A stretch of 64,000 nt of DNA from Candidatus Pacebacteria bacterium GW2011_GWA1_46_10 (GTDB lineage Bacteria; Patescibacteriota; Microgenomatia; UBA1400; PJMF01), in NCBI GenBank assembly GCA_001002135.1, contig LCLP01000003.1, forward strand, positions 41,198 to 105,197. The letters are read 5' to 3'. Shown here one piece after another: positions 9,066-17,949 of the stretch. Positions within the stretch are counted from its first letter, which is position 1; each line of letters starts with the position of its first letter. The notes under the pieces were generated by a model. That model made no database searches, had not been told where the DNA came from, and was given only the letters and a program-made list of their open reading frames with translations. The position numbers and the translations under genes are program-made.

Positions 9066-9265
9066 TTGTATATTGGTTGTCAGACTTTGGTCAACCGTCA
9101 CCGGTTGGTTTCATCCCACAATTTATGGACGTATACTCGCCCAGAGGGTCTCCGTAGATGCTCCCCGCCATGGCGGGGGTCCGAGCTTCTCCCGATGTAT
9201 CGGGAGAAATCCCTCTTCCTCGTCTTCCCGATTTCGATTCCGTCTTATCGGGACCACACGCTCTA
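9066..9265 (-). ncRNA. glmS ribozyme (variant with insertions)
   Basis: In the glmS 5' UTR: AGCG at the cleavage site, P1 TCCCGAT/ATCGGGA, GACGAGG, P2 GAGGG/CCCTC, P3 TGGGCG/CGTCCA with loop GTATA pairing 3' TATAC, P4.1 CAACCGGTGACGGTTG. Confidence 0.85.
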
Positions 9266-9317
9266 GTGATAGAGACTCTGCTCACCTCCTTTCGTTTAAT
9301 ACCAAGCTTAATATACC

Positions 9318-9357
9318 ACAAACACCTCGTCTTTTCCCGAAAAACGAGGTGTTGTTG
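9318..9357 (-). terminator. hairpin closing the rpsF-ssb-rpsR operon
   Basis: AACACCTCGT...ACGAGGTGTT inverted repeat just after the rpsR stop. Confidence 0.6.
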
Positions 9358-9371
9358 TACTGCAAAACCGA

Positions 9372-9617
9372 CTACACGGTCTGCGTAAACGGTAGCATCG
9401 CTAGGTGTCGAGCGCGTTTCACGGCAGTCGCCAAGCGGCGTTGTTGCTTTTGTGATAAACCGGTCTTAGCCCGAGGCAGAATGCCACCCTGCTGGGAGAG
9501 GTATTTTTTCAGCTCCTCTGGTTTAGTATACGAAAACGTCAGGCTTTTGGGGGCCTTGGCCACGGGCTTGCGCTCATAGCGAGGTTTTCGTTCGTAGTCA
9601 GGTTTTTGATCGTACAT
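9372..9617 (-). CDS. rpsR: 30S ribosomal protein S18
   Basis: [42 protein letters not shown]; operon context. Confidence 0.95.
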   Translation of the reverse strand: MYDQKPDYERKPRYERKPVAKAPKSLTFSYTKPEELKKYLSQQGGILPRAKTGLSQKQQRRLATAVKRARHLAMLPFTQTV

Positions 9618-9628
9618 GTGTATTCCTT

Positions 9629-10162
9629 CTAGAATGGAATGTCGTCAGAAACGTCTTCGACTGACTCAACTGCCTCATCAGCCGGCAGTTCCTCTTTTAC
9701 TTCAGCTTTCTTGCCGCGTTTTTTGCCTTTGCCTTTTTTGCTATCATCAGTCGCCGTGTCATCGGTTGAACTGACGCCTGCGCTGTCATCGGCAGGCAGA
9801 TCGCTCACCGGCGCGCCATTCCCCCTACTGGACAACAACATCATGTTGTCGATGACGATCTCGGTAATCCGACGATCATCGCCTTGTTCGGTTTTCCAGT
9901 CACGGGTCTGGATCCTGCCTTCCACAAAGACCTTGTCGCCTTTGTGTAACAGTTGACCACAAATCTCGGCCAACTTGGCCCAAGCCACAATGTTATGGAA
10001 ATCCACCCGTTCTTGTTTCTCGCCGCCATCAGCGGAGGTCCAAGATCGATTGGTGGCAATGCCAAATGAACAGACTGCAGTGCCATTCGGGGTAAACCGC
10101 AAATTGGGATCCCGAGTTAAGTTGCCGATCAGCATGGCTTTATTGAGTGAGCGTGCTGCCAT
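9629..10162 (-). CDS. ssb: single-stranded DNA-binding protein
   Basis: [22 protein letters not shown]-terminal DDIPF. Confidence 0.97.
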   Translation of the reverse strand: MAARSLNKAMLIGNLTRDPNLRFTPNGTAVCSFGIATNRSWTSADGGEKQERVDFHNIVAWAKLAEICGQLLHKGDKVFVEGRIQTRDWKTEQGDDRRITEIVIDNMMLLSSRGNGAPVSDLPADDSAGVSSTDDTATDDSKKGKGKKRGKKAEVKEELPADEAVESVEDVSDDIPF

Positions 10163-10244
10163 ATATTCCTTTCGTCTCTTTGAGAGAGCGTGTTTTGTAC
10201 TGTTTTTGACTATACGGAGTCAGTCGAACAGTATCTGTAACACC

Positions 10245-10592
10245 TTACTCTTTTGCTACTGGTTCCTCCCTTAAAACTGCTTCTACAAAGAGATGACGAA
10301 TGAGGTCATTATCCAAATGCACATCGCGCTCAAACAGCGGCGCTTGGTCAGTGGGAAACTCTAATACTAAATGAAGATAGTAGGCTTCAGTGTGGGTCTT
10401 GCCACCCTTGCGTAACGCATACGCCAGGGTTTTCTTCCCCCAACTGTCCTCAGAAGTCATACTACCTTTGTGTTTCTTGACCAGACCCTGCACTGTTTCC
10501 TGAACTGTTTTCAGTTCGCTGTCAGTCATATTGCCCGGAGCTAAGTAGGTCAGCTCATAGGCTTTGGTCTTGGCTGTGGTCACCAGCTTCAT
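10245..10592 (-). CDS. rpsF: 30S ribosomal protein S6
   Basis: YELTY..., WGKKTLAY, LIRHL; rpsF-ssb-rpsR order. Confidence 0.93.
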   Translation of the reverse strand: MKLVTTAKTKAYELTYLAPGNMTDSELKTVQETVQGLVKKHKGSMTSEDSWGKKTLAYALRKGGKTHTEAYYLHLVLEFPTDQAPLFERDVHLDNDLIRHLFVEAVLREEPVAKE

Positions 10593-10708
10593 GAGATTCC
10601 TTTGCTGTGCCTCCCGATTGTATCGGGAGAAACCAAGTTATTGTTAAGTGGTGGTATTATACCAGATAGGTTTTTTCTATTCTTTTATTAACCTTTATAA
10701 TTTAAACC

Positions 10709-11653
10709 GTGGTGTTAAAAAATCGTTTTCCTCGTCCACGTAAGCGAGTCATTGACCAAGTCACCATTTCCAAATTTCTAAAAACGATCAATTTCAAACC
10801 AACTCAAGTTTTTCAAGAATGGCGACACCTACTGGCTTTTGGTGAATACCAGGGAAAACCGGCTGTTTTCAAACTCGCTTCAACCCTGAAAACTGCTCGC
10901 TATACCCAAAACGAATACCGCTGGAATGAGGCGGTCAACGCTGTTCCCAACCGTTACCGCCAACATTTCAAGGTTCCCAGCAACTATGCTCAAGGTACTT
11001 GGCAGCGGCTGTTCTGGTTTATCGCTGATTGGTTTACCCAACGACCATTCATCGAACGTGACAGTTCAAACACTTCACTAATCGCGCAGAAATTGGCGCT
11101 CATTACCCAAGCCAATCGGGAAATCAGTCTTTTGCCTCTCCCAGATCAAAGTGAATTCATGCAACAGCGGCGCTCGGATGAACCAATTGGTGAACGCCTA
11201 TTCCGTTCCGCTCGTGAGTGGGTTGACCATACTCCAGAGAACTTGACCGAGTTTCTCAATATTATCAAAAACAGACGCCACAACCTCAAAACCTGTGTCA
11301 ACCACGGTGATTTCGCGCCACGGCAACTGTATGACTTGGGCAGTGCCGTTGGCATAATTGACGGTGAACATGCTGGCGCCTTCGGCCCACTCTATTACGA
11401 CGTGGCCTATTTTTATATTCGCTTGCGCAACGATCATGACGCTCCAGAGTTAGCCCGCCAATACCTCAAGAAGTACCAAAAACTACTGCCTGCAACCGAG
11501 CAGAAAAGTTTCTGGTCAGAACTTAAACCGGTTTTATGCCAACGATATATTGGTGATTTGTGGGGCGACAGTCGCCACAAGCGAAAAGATCCGGTTAAAA
11601 TGAAAAAACTGTATCAACTGGGTCAAACAATTTTACAAGACACGGTTATTTAA
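10709..11653 (+). CDS. aminoglycoside-phosphotransferase / choline-kinase-like protein
   Basis: AVFK, NHGDFAPRQL (Brenner-like motif), IIDGE, YDVAY. Confidence 0.75.
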   Translation: MVLKNRFPRPRKRVIDQVTISKFLKTINFKPTQVFQEWRHLLAFGEYQGKPAVFKLASTLKTARYTQNEYRWNEAVNAVPNRYRQHFKVPSNYAQGTWQRLFWFIADWFTQRPFIERDSSNTSLIAQKLALITQANREISLLPLPDQSEFMQQRRSDEPIGERLFRSAREWVDHTPENLTEFLNIIKNRRHNLKTCVNHGDFAPRQLYDLGSAVGIIDGEHAGAFGPLYYDVAYFYIRLRNDHDAPELARQYLKKYQKLLPATEQKSFWSELKPVLCQRYIGDLWGDSRHKRKDPVKMKKLYQLGQTILQDTVI

Positions 11654-11664
11654 TTGTTAGCCTA

Positions 11665-12759
11665 CTATTTGCCAATCGCAAACTCCACTACGTCACCTTC
11701 CCGCATTACGTAATCACGGCCTTCCTGGCGGATTTTACCTACTTCCTTAAGGCCATTCCAACCTTTGTATTGCACAAAATCCTCAAAACTGGCAACACGG
11801 GCCATAATAAAGTGTTTTGCAAAATCGGTGTGAATGACGCCGGCGGCCTGTGGCGCGGTGGTGCCTTGGCGAATGGTCCAGGCCCGGACTTCTTTCTCGC
11901 CGGCAGTGAGAAAGCTTTGCAGATGCAGGGTGTGATAAGCCACCGCGGCCAAGCGTGCCAAACCACTCTGTTTCAGGCCTAGCTGCTTGAGGTATTCAAC
12001 CTGGTCATCGGTCGACAATGCCGCGATTTCACTTTCAATCTTGGCGCTGATGATAACTATCTGACTGGGGTCAACGCCAAGCTTACTCCCCCACTCGCTC
12101 AAGCGGCCAAGTTCATTTTTCAAGTCGTTTTCACCGACATTAATGACGTAAATCTCCGGTTTAGCGGTCAATAAATTGAGTTCACGGGCGATTTGGTTGG
12201 CCATTTTACTATCCCCATAGTGCGATATATCAAAAATGATATTCCTTCCAGCCTGGAGGGTTTTTAAAAACTTTTCAATATACTCCCAGCGAATAAACGC
12301 CTCTTTTTCTACTCCCCCTTTCGGTGGTTTCTGTTTCTCTAATGTAGCTAAATCAGCTAGCTGCAACTCAGTTCTGATCGCGACCAAGTCCTCTGCCGGC
12401 GAAACTGCCCCTTCCCGTACCACGTTTTCATCATGAAAAGCCCGCAACACATGGCAAATGGCGTCGGTTTCTCGGATGTGGGAGAGAAATTGATTGCCCA
12501 AACCAGCGCCCTTGCTGGCGCCGCGCACCAGTCCGGCAATGTCGACGAACTCAACCGTCGCCGGCTTAATGACACTCGTGCCAACCAGCTTAGCTAGTAC
12601 CGCCAACCGGGCATCCGGTACCTCGGCAATCCCCGTGTTTGGCTCAATGGTGGCAAACGGATAATTGGCCGCCAGCGCCACTTGCTTTTGCAAGAGCGCG
12701 TTAAACAACGTGGATTTGCCAACGTTGGGAAAACCAACAATGCCAACTGCAAGATTCAT
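11665..12759 (-). CDS. ychF: redox-regulated ATPase YchF
   Basis: GIVGFPNVGKSTLFN, ANYPFATIEPN, DIAGLV, APQAAGVIHTDF, EGRDYVMREGDV. Confidence 0.97.
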   Translation of the reverse strand: MNLAVGIVGFPNVGKSTLFNALLQKQVALAANYPFATIEPNTGIAEVPDARLAVLAKLVGTSVIKPATVEFVDIAGLVRGASKGAGLGNQFLSHIRETDAICHVLRAFHDENVVREGAVSPAEDLVAIRTELQLADLATLEKQKPPKGGVEKEAFIRWEYIEKFLKTLQAGRNIIFDISHYGDSKMANQIARELNLLTAKPEIYVINVGENDLKNELGRLSEWGSKLGVDPSQIVIISAKIESEIAALSTDDQVEYLKQLGLKQSGLARLAAVAYHTLHLQSFLTAGEKEVRAWTIRQGTTAPQAAGVIHTDFAKHFIMARVASFEDFVQYKGWNGLKEVGKIRQEGRDYVMREGDVVEFAIGK

Positions 12760-12858
12760 GAGTAGGATTATAAATCAAGTTTCTCCAGCACCACCCGGCA
12801 AGCGCTGTTGAACGATAAACCATCTTTCAAATGAAACTAAAAAAGACATCAATTGTCT

Positions 12859-13596
12859 TTAACGCTTAGCCGCTAGCCTTCTAAGATTTGCTGCTAAGCG
12901 CCGCAGGAAAGTTTTATGTGCCGGTGTATAGTTTTTTCGCTCCAAAAAATCATCGATGCCAGGCAGAAGAGCTTTTACTTGCTCAATTCGCTCTAATTTT
13001 TCTGCTTTCGAAAGTCTGACAATACGAGTAGTAATACCATGTAAAGTGGTGGGATTATTCAAAATGTCACCAAAGACAAGAAAAGGATTAAATTTTAAAA
13101 CAGAGTAATAGTTTTTTTCCGAAAATCTATAATGACTACTAACTCTTAAAAAGAAAAGCAATTCATCTACTGAAAAGCTAAGCAAACGAGGAAAGTTTTC
13201 GACGAACGCCACCGGTTCATAATCAAGATTAAGTACCTTATTAATCACCCTTACCAGTCTAAGGTATTTCCTCACTCTGCCAATGTTATACCCTGCAAAT
13301 TGTGGAAATTCCGTAATTAAAGAAACAAGGTCATTGAAACCAGCTCCTTTTAAGTCTCCAACCACCCTCTTGATATCGAGAGCTATAAGGTTGGGAAATC
13401 TTTCAATCAATGAGGTGGGATCACCAAAACCAGCTTCTGTTAATAAACTTAGCTTTAACTCAAGTGTTTCCTCATTTTTGAAACGCTCCCGAAGGTAACG
13501 TTGCGTTTTCTCACTAAACTGAGAAAACGTGGACGATTGTGGTTCTTCTTCTGTTGATCCTGAGGTAAACTGCTTACTAGATTCGTTTTCTGACAC
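12859..13596 (-). CDS. hypothetical protein with mTERF-like helical repeats
   Basis: Repeated L.xAGF.D..SLI..FP.(L/F) units and FVENFPRLLSFS. Confidence 0.6.
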   Translation of the reverse strand: MSENESSKQFTSGSTEEEPQSSTFSQFSEKTQRYLRERFKNEETLELKLSLLTEAGFGDPTSLIERFPNLIALDIKRVVGDLKGAGFNDLVSLITEFPQFAGYNIGRVRKYLRLVRVINKVLNLDYEPVAFVENFPRLLSFSVDELLFFLRVSSHYRFSEKNYYSVLKFNPFLVFGDILNNPTTLHGITTRIVRLSKAEKLERIEQVKALLPGIDDFLERKNYTPAHKTFLRRLAANLRRLAAKR

Positions 13597-13708
13597 AGTA
13601 ACTCATTGTACATTAAAACCCTTACTTCGGGAAAAAAATGACCACCATTATTGACCAAACAAATCGAGACTGGTGCAACTTCCTAGTCAGTGAGTATACT
13701 GATGCAGT

Positions 13709-14245
13709 GTGACAGTTATCGAGTGGCTGGTGATCATCATTCTCAGTTTATTGTTGGCCGTAATTTGCCTTATTTTCGGGTACCAAATCTCATTTCTAAT
13801 TCCAATGTTTCACGGGCCGGTGTTTGTCCCCAGTGCCGACGATAAATTGGCAACGATGCTCTCCCTCCCCAAGTTGACTAAGCGCTCAAAAGTGATTGAT
13901 CTTGGTTCCGGCGACGGCAAGGTGTTGATTGCCCTGGCCGAAAAATTCGGCTTGCAGGGTGTTGGTGTCGAGATTAACGGTATTCTCGTTCGCCGCAGCC
14001 GCCGAAACATTGCTCGGGCAGGACTAACCAAAAAATTGACAATTCTCAAACAGAGTTTTTGGGACATCGACCTTTCTCAGTACGACGTGGTGTTTTTTTA
14101 TGGTACCAGCTATGTAATGCGCAGACTTGAGAAAAAAGTAAAAAAGGAGATGAAAAAAGGTTCGCAGTTCGTATCTAATTATTTTCAATTCCCCACTCTC
14201 AAACCAGTCAAAACCGTCAATGACGTGCGATTGTATCGACTTTAA
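13709..14245 (+). CDS. membrane-anchored class I SAM-dependent methyltransferase
   Basis: N-terminal TM segment, PVFVPS, VIDLGSGDG, GVEIN. Confidence 0.85.
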   Translation: MTVIEWLVIIILSLLLAVICLIFGYQISFLIPMFHGPVFVPSADDKLATMLSLPKLTKRSKVIDLGSGDGKVLIALAEKFGLQGVGVEINGILVRRSRRNIARAGLTKKLTILKQSFWDIDLSQYDVVFFYGTSYVMRRLEKKVKKEMKKGSQFVSNYFQFPTLKPVKTVNDVRLYRL

Positions 14246-14270
14246 ATTGTTCTTACAAAATTGATTTTTG

Positions 14271-14290
14271 GTGTGTATAATCGTGTGTAT
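14271..14290 (+). promoter_or_regulatory. TA promoter/operator: GTGTGTAT direct repeats around TATAAT
   Basis: GTGTGTATAATCGTGTGTATG, with the second repeat running into the ATG. Confidence 0.55.
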
Positions 14291-14606
14291 GAAAAAGCGA
14301 GCGACCTACAAAATTACTCCCCAGCAAGCGCTCGAACTGCGCGACATGGCTGAGGCCGCTCAGTATCATGCCTTACCTACTGATACACGCATCCAAGTCA
14401 AAATGCCCAAAGCCGTGGTAAAAACTCTCGATGCCCTATTTCCAGATGTAAACCGGAGTCAACTGCTGACGAAATTAGCCCTCGACGCCATTGTGCGAAA
14501 ACTGCGGTTTATTGATAACCCAGAATTGGATATGTTGGTGGACAGCGAGCAATCAGATCTGGATGATTTATGGGAGTACCTAGAGGAAAGAGAGCGAAAT
14601 GTATAA
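14289..14606 (+). CDS. putative antitoxin (RHH-like)
   Basis: RIQVKMPKAVVKTLD..NRSQLL RHH-like segment, acidic C-terminus, overlaps the downstream toxin gene. Confidence 0.65.
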   Translation: MKKRATYKITPQQALELRDMAEAAQYHALPTDTRIQVKMPKAVVKTLDALFPDVNRSQLLTKLALDAIVRKLRFIDNPELDMLVDSEQSDLDDLWEYLEERERNV

Positions 14607-14931
14607 AGCTGGTCAAGTGTTGCTGATCAAATTCCATCCCAGTTCTGGTAACGAACTGAAAAAATACCGACCAGCAATAGTCGTCAGTGATGTCGCTCAA
14701 AATGCCGACAAACGCTTTGTCCTTATTTCGCCATTAAGTACTCGCCAACCACGCAAAAAAAACTCCTTAGAAATAGAGCTTACTGACGTTAATTTTTTAA
14801 GAGAAAAAAGCTACACCATGCTGTGGTACTTGAGAACTCTTGACACCAGACGCGTGAAATTTGTGCTTGGTTCTCTGCCACCGAAAACAATGAAAACTAT
14901 CCAAAAACGACTGCAAAAAATGTTTACCTAA
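14599..14931 (+). CDS. type II toxin, PemK/MazF family
   Basis: GQVLLIKFHPSSGNELKKYRPAIVVS, ISPLST, LRTLDTRR. Confidence 0.88.
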   Translation: MYKAGQVLLIKFHPSSGNELKKYRPAIVVSDVAQNADKRFVLISPLSTRQPRKKNSLEIELTDVNFLREKSYTMLWYLRTLDTRRVKFVLGSLPPKTMKTIQKRLQKMFT

Positions 14932-14946
14932 ACTTACTTGGCCAGC

Positions 14947-15153
14947 TTATGTAACACCACCTGATTGACCAGCAACAGTGTGAGAGTTTTCTTCCAGCTT
15001 TTTAATCGGTGCGGCAATTACAATTCTCTCTGCCGCTATCCTAGCTGTTTCTAACTCCTCACTCGCCTCCTGCAGCGCTTGATTGTATGCATCAGCAACT
15101 GCTCGTGACGGTCGCGAGTTCCCTAGTTCTGGATTTGGTTTTCGACCAAACAT
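14947..15153 (-). CDS. small hypothetical protein
   Basis: 68-aa ORF with a TAGTAAT-type box upstream. Confidence 0.45.
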   Translation of the reverse strand: MFGRKPNPELGNSRPSRAVADAYNQALQEASEELETARIAAERIVIAAPIKKLEENSHTVAGQSGGVT

Positions 15154-15224
15154 GTTTATTACTATACATCAAAATAGTTCAAAGTAAAGCAAAAATTCTG
15201 TTTTTGATCACTTTATTACAAAGT

Positions 15225-16205
15225 TTACTTATAGTCTGCAACCACTTTTTTCAAGACAGTTAGCTGCTCTTCTGTACCAATGGAAATTCGCACAAACGAC
15301 TCGTCCAAACCAATATTGCTGTTGCCATTACCATGACTAATGACAAAGTGATTTTGTTTTAAAAACTCTGCAAAGCGCGTGCCCTTTTCTTTAGAAGAAA
15401 AAGTAATTAATACCGCGTTAATCCTTGAAGGCAGTAAAGCAAAACCTTTTTCCTCAAGAAATTTGGCTAAATCCTCTCGCCTACTATTAAGATCCTCCCT
15501 GATTTCCTTAAAATATGCTTCATGATCTAAGACAACCATCGCCGCCCCAACTGATAAATACGACACATTGGCCCACTGGGTTTTGTTTTTCACCACATTA
15601 ATAATGTTTGGGTGCGCAACGAAATACCCGATCCTATTACCAGCCATGGCGTAATCTTTAGAAAAACTTCTAAAGACTGCCAGGTGTGAATACTTTTGCA
15701 CTTGATCCATTACCGATAATTCAGGCGCAAATTCACTGTAGGCTTCATCAACACAAACAATTGCTTGAGAGTTATTTTCAATCAGCTCAATCACCTTTTC
15801 TTTTGAGGTAAAACCAGAGGGATTATTGGGGTTTGCCAAGTAAATCAGGCTAGCGTCAGCAATCTTGCCGGTTGGAATAACATACTGATCATTTTTTACA
15901 ACATTAATCCGCGTCAACTTGCCACCAAATTCCTCTACATCTTTGTAAACGCTATACGTTGGCGTAAAAACATACGCATTACTGCCATACGCCAGGGCAA
16001 AAATCTGGATAGTTTCATCCGTGCCAGCGGTTAAGTAAACCATTTCCCTGGGAACGTGATGTTTTTTGGCTAGTTTCTCAATCAATTCTGGTGGTTGTGG
16101 TCGATAGGTATTCGCGCCGGCGGAATAGTGCTTGAGACCTTCATAAATAAAATCAGGTAAAGGGGTCTTGATTGTGGTGTATTGGAGATTTATTTCATCA
16201 GGCAT
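15225..16205 (-). CDS. PLP-dependent aminotransferase class I/II (HisC-like)
   Basis: ANPNNPSG, VDEAY, RSFSKDYAMAGNRIG, VRISIG. Confidence 0.9.
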   Translation of the reverse strand: MPDEINLQYTTIKTPLPDFIYEGLKHYSAGANTYRPQPPELIEKLAKKHHVPREMVYLTAGTDETIQIFALAYGSNAYVFTPTYSVYKDVEEFGGKLTRINVVKNDQYVIPTGKIADASLIYLANPNNPSGFTSKEKVIELIENNSQAIVCVDEAYSEFAPELSVMDQVQKYSHLAVFRSFSKDYAMAGNRIGYFVAHPNIINVVKNKTQWANVSYLSVGAAMVVLDHEAYFKEIREDLNSRREDLAKFLEEKGFALLPSRINAVLITFSSKEKGTRFAEFLKQNHFVISHGNGNSNIGLDESFVRISIGTEEQLTVLKKVVADYK

Positions 16206-16249
16206 GATGTTACGTGCATTTTAGCAGATAGTCAGTTTATACTTTTGGT

Positions 16250-17044
16250 ATGGATCCGTTTATTGCCAAATGGTTGCTTTCACTACTTGTCGGTATCGTT
16301 TGGGTAGCGGTTGCCACCACAATTGCTGAGCGGGTGAGTGGTAAATTGGGTGGTTTAATCGTTGGGTTACCTTCCACCGCCGTAGTCAGCCTGCTTTTTA
16401 TTGGTTTAACCCAAGGCGTTCCTGCCGCGATGACGGCCGCGGTCATCATGCCATACAGTAGTGGTTTATACTGCACTTTTTTTCTAACATATTTATGGCT
16501 CACAAAAAAGAGTTTTAGTGTCGGACTCATTTTTTCACTGATTATCTGGCTTCTTTTCGCCAGCTTGGCCGCTGCTTTCCCAGTCAGGGATATTTATCTT
16601 TCTGCTTTTGTTTGGTTGGTATTAGTTACTCTAAGTATTGTTTATGCTGTTAAAAAACTGCCAATCAATCATCAACTCATTCCAGCCAAAATTGTCAAAA
16701 CACCACTGTGACTTAAAGCCACATTAAGCGGTGCGGTGATCAGCGCCATCGTGTTGATCAGTAAACTAGCTGGACCCACTTGGGGTGGTATCTTCGGCAC
16801 CTTCCTCGCCCTAACTGTTTCTACTTTCTTGGTCACTATTAAATCAGGCGGCACAGAATTCACCAGGCTCATTGCCAAAAATGTTCTTATTAGCACCACT
16901 ACTACTATTGGGATATATGCCATTTTGAATTACTTCTTGCTGCCAGCGTTTGGCATTATCTTAAGCACGATATTGGCTTACATCGGCTTACTACTCATCA
17001 GCCTGCCACTGTATTTTGGGGTGTTTGAAAAAATCAAAGATTAG
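16250..17044 (+). pseudogene. duplicated-domain membrane protein (DUF3147-like) interrupted by an in-frame TGA at 16709-16711
   Basis: KTPL*LKATLSGAVISAIVLISKLAGPTWGG continues in frame; the halves share SGKLGGLIVGLP / AGPTWGGIFGTF motifs. Confidence 0.7.
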
Positions 17045-17053
17045 TTAATCGAT

Positions 17054-17240
17054 CTAAATATTTATATCGATCAGTTTGCGAGCCGCCGCGACATACTCTT
17101 GCCCATCATGCCCTCTGGACAAATCTTTTAAAACCTTCACTTCGTACCCTAAATCAAACGCTTCATACGCCGAGGCCAGCACACAGGCATCGGTGTCAAT
17201 GCCACACAAAAGGAGTTTACTTACTTGATTGTTTTGGGGA
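17054..17240 (-). pseudogene. cysteine hydrolase (isochorismatase family) C-terminal remnant
   Basis: Hand translation: QVSKLLLCGIDTDACVLASAYEAFDLGYEVKVLKDLS...; no N-terminal half or start codon. Confidence 0.75.
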
Positions 17241-17242
17241 AA

Positions 17243-17890
17243 CTATTCCGATTGATTCTGCCTGTGAAACAAAATATCAAATAAAATAATGGTGTCGGTT
17301 TGAGGATCGTAAGCCATATTGACCGGGCCATAGTCATAAAAACCAGCTTGCTCAAGTTGTCGGGCGATCTCATTTACCCTACTTCCCAAATCTTTAACAT
17401 GTTTTTGGAGTGCAGTATTATCAGCAGTTTGTTGACTGGTTTCCGCCAGTTCTCTCAGATAAGTGTTTAAATTCTTAACCAAACGATCATCCCACTCGGC
17501 CACAAAGTAATTTTCATTCCAGCTAGTAAAAGCCAGTTGAAAATTCACTACTTCCACTTTGGGATTATCCTTGTACATTTCCTTCAGTCGAGCCAAAGCC
17601 CGAAACTCTTCCAAATTCTCTCCCGTCATAATATGGCGCCGAACTTTCACAAAAAAGCTTTTATCTGCCAAAGTCACCTTAAAATACGGGGACGGCTGTA
17701 CTTTCTCCACCACAATGCCAGATTCCTCTGCTCGTGCGCCCTTTTTATCATGTAGTAAAGCCTTAATCATCACCCGCACTTTTGTCAGTGTACCAGGATG
17801 ATCCCCAACAAAACTTTTAAACTCAGCGGTATAAGCCAACTGCCTGCTAATGCTTTCTTTACTGGTGATTTCTGATTGGTCTGGCGACAT
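17243..17890 (-). CDS. hypothetical protein, kinase-like fold suspected
   Basis: FFVK, YFVAEW, DYGPVNMAYD, ILFD resemble kinase subdomains. Confidence 0.55.
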   Translation of the reverse strand: MSPDQSEITSKESISRQLAYTAEFKSFVGDHPGTLTKVRVMIKALLHDKKGARAEESGIVVEKVQPSPYFKVTLADKSFFVKVRRHIMTGENLEEFRALARLKEMYKDNPKVEVVNFQLAFTSWNENYFVAEWDDRLVKNLNTYLRELAETSQQTADNTALQKHVKDLGSRVNEIARQLEQAGFYDYGPVNMAYDPQTDTIILFDILFHRQNQSE

Positions 17891-17949
17891 CAGGAAAATT
17901 ATACAAGGAAAATTGCCTCACCGCTCCTTCACGCCTACAATGGAAAGAA

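Noticed and set aside
9052-9579. ORFs 9052..9579 (+), 9066..9266 (+), 9091..9321 (-) and 9158..9388 (+)
   Set aside because: They overlap rpsR or the glmS ribozyme and have no protein-like features.
16709-16711. In-frame TGA as a sign of genetic code 25 or selenocysteine
   Set aside because: Conserved genes here (M24 peptidase, glmS, purB, glf, topA) end in TGA, and other breaks are TAA or frameshifts; a point mutation or assembly error is simpler.
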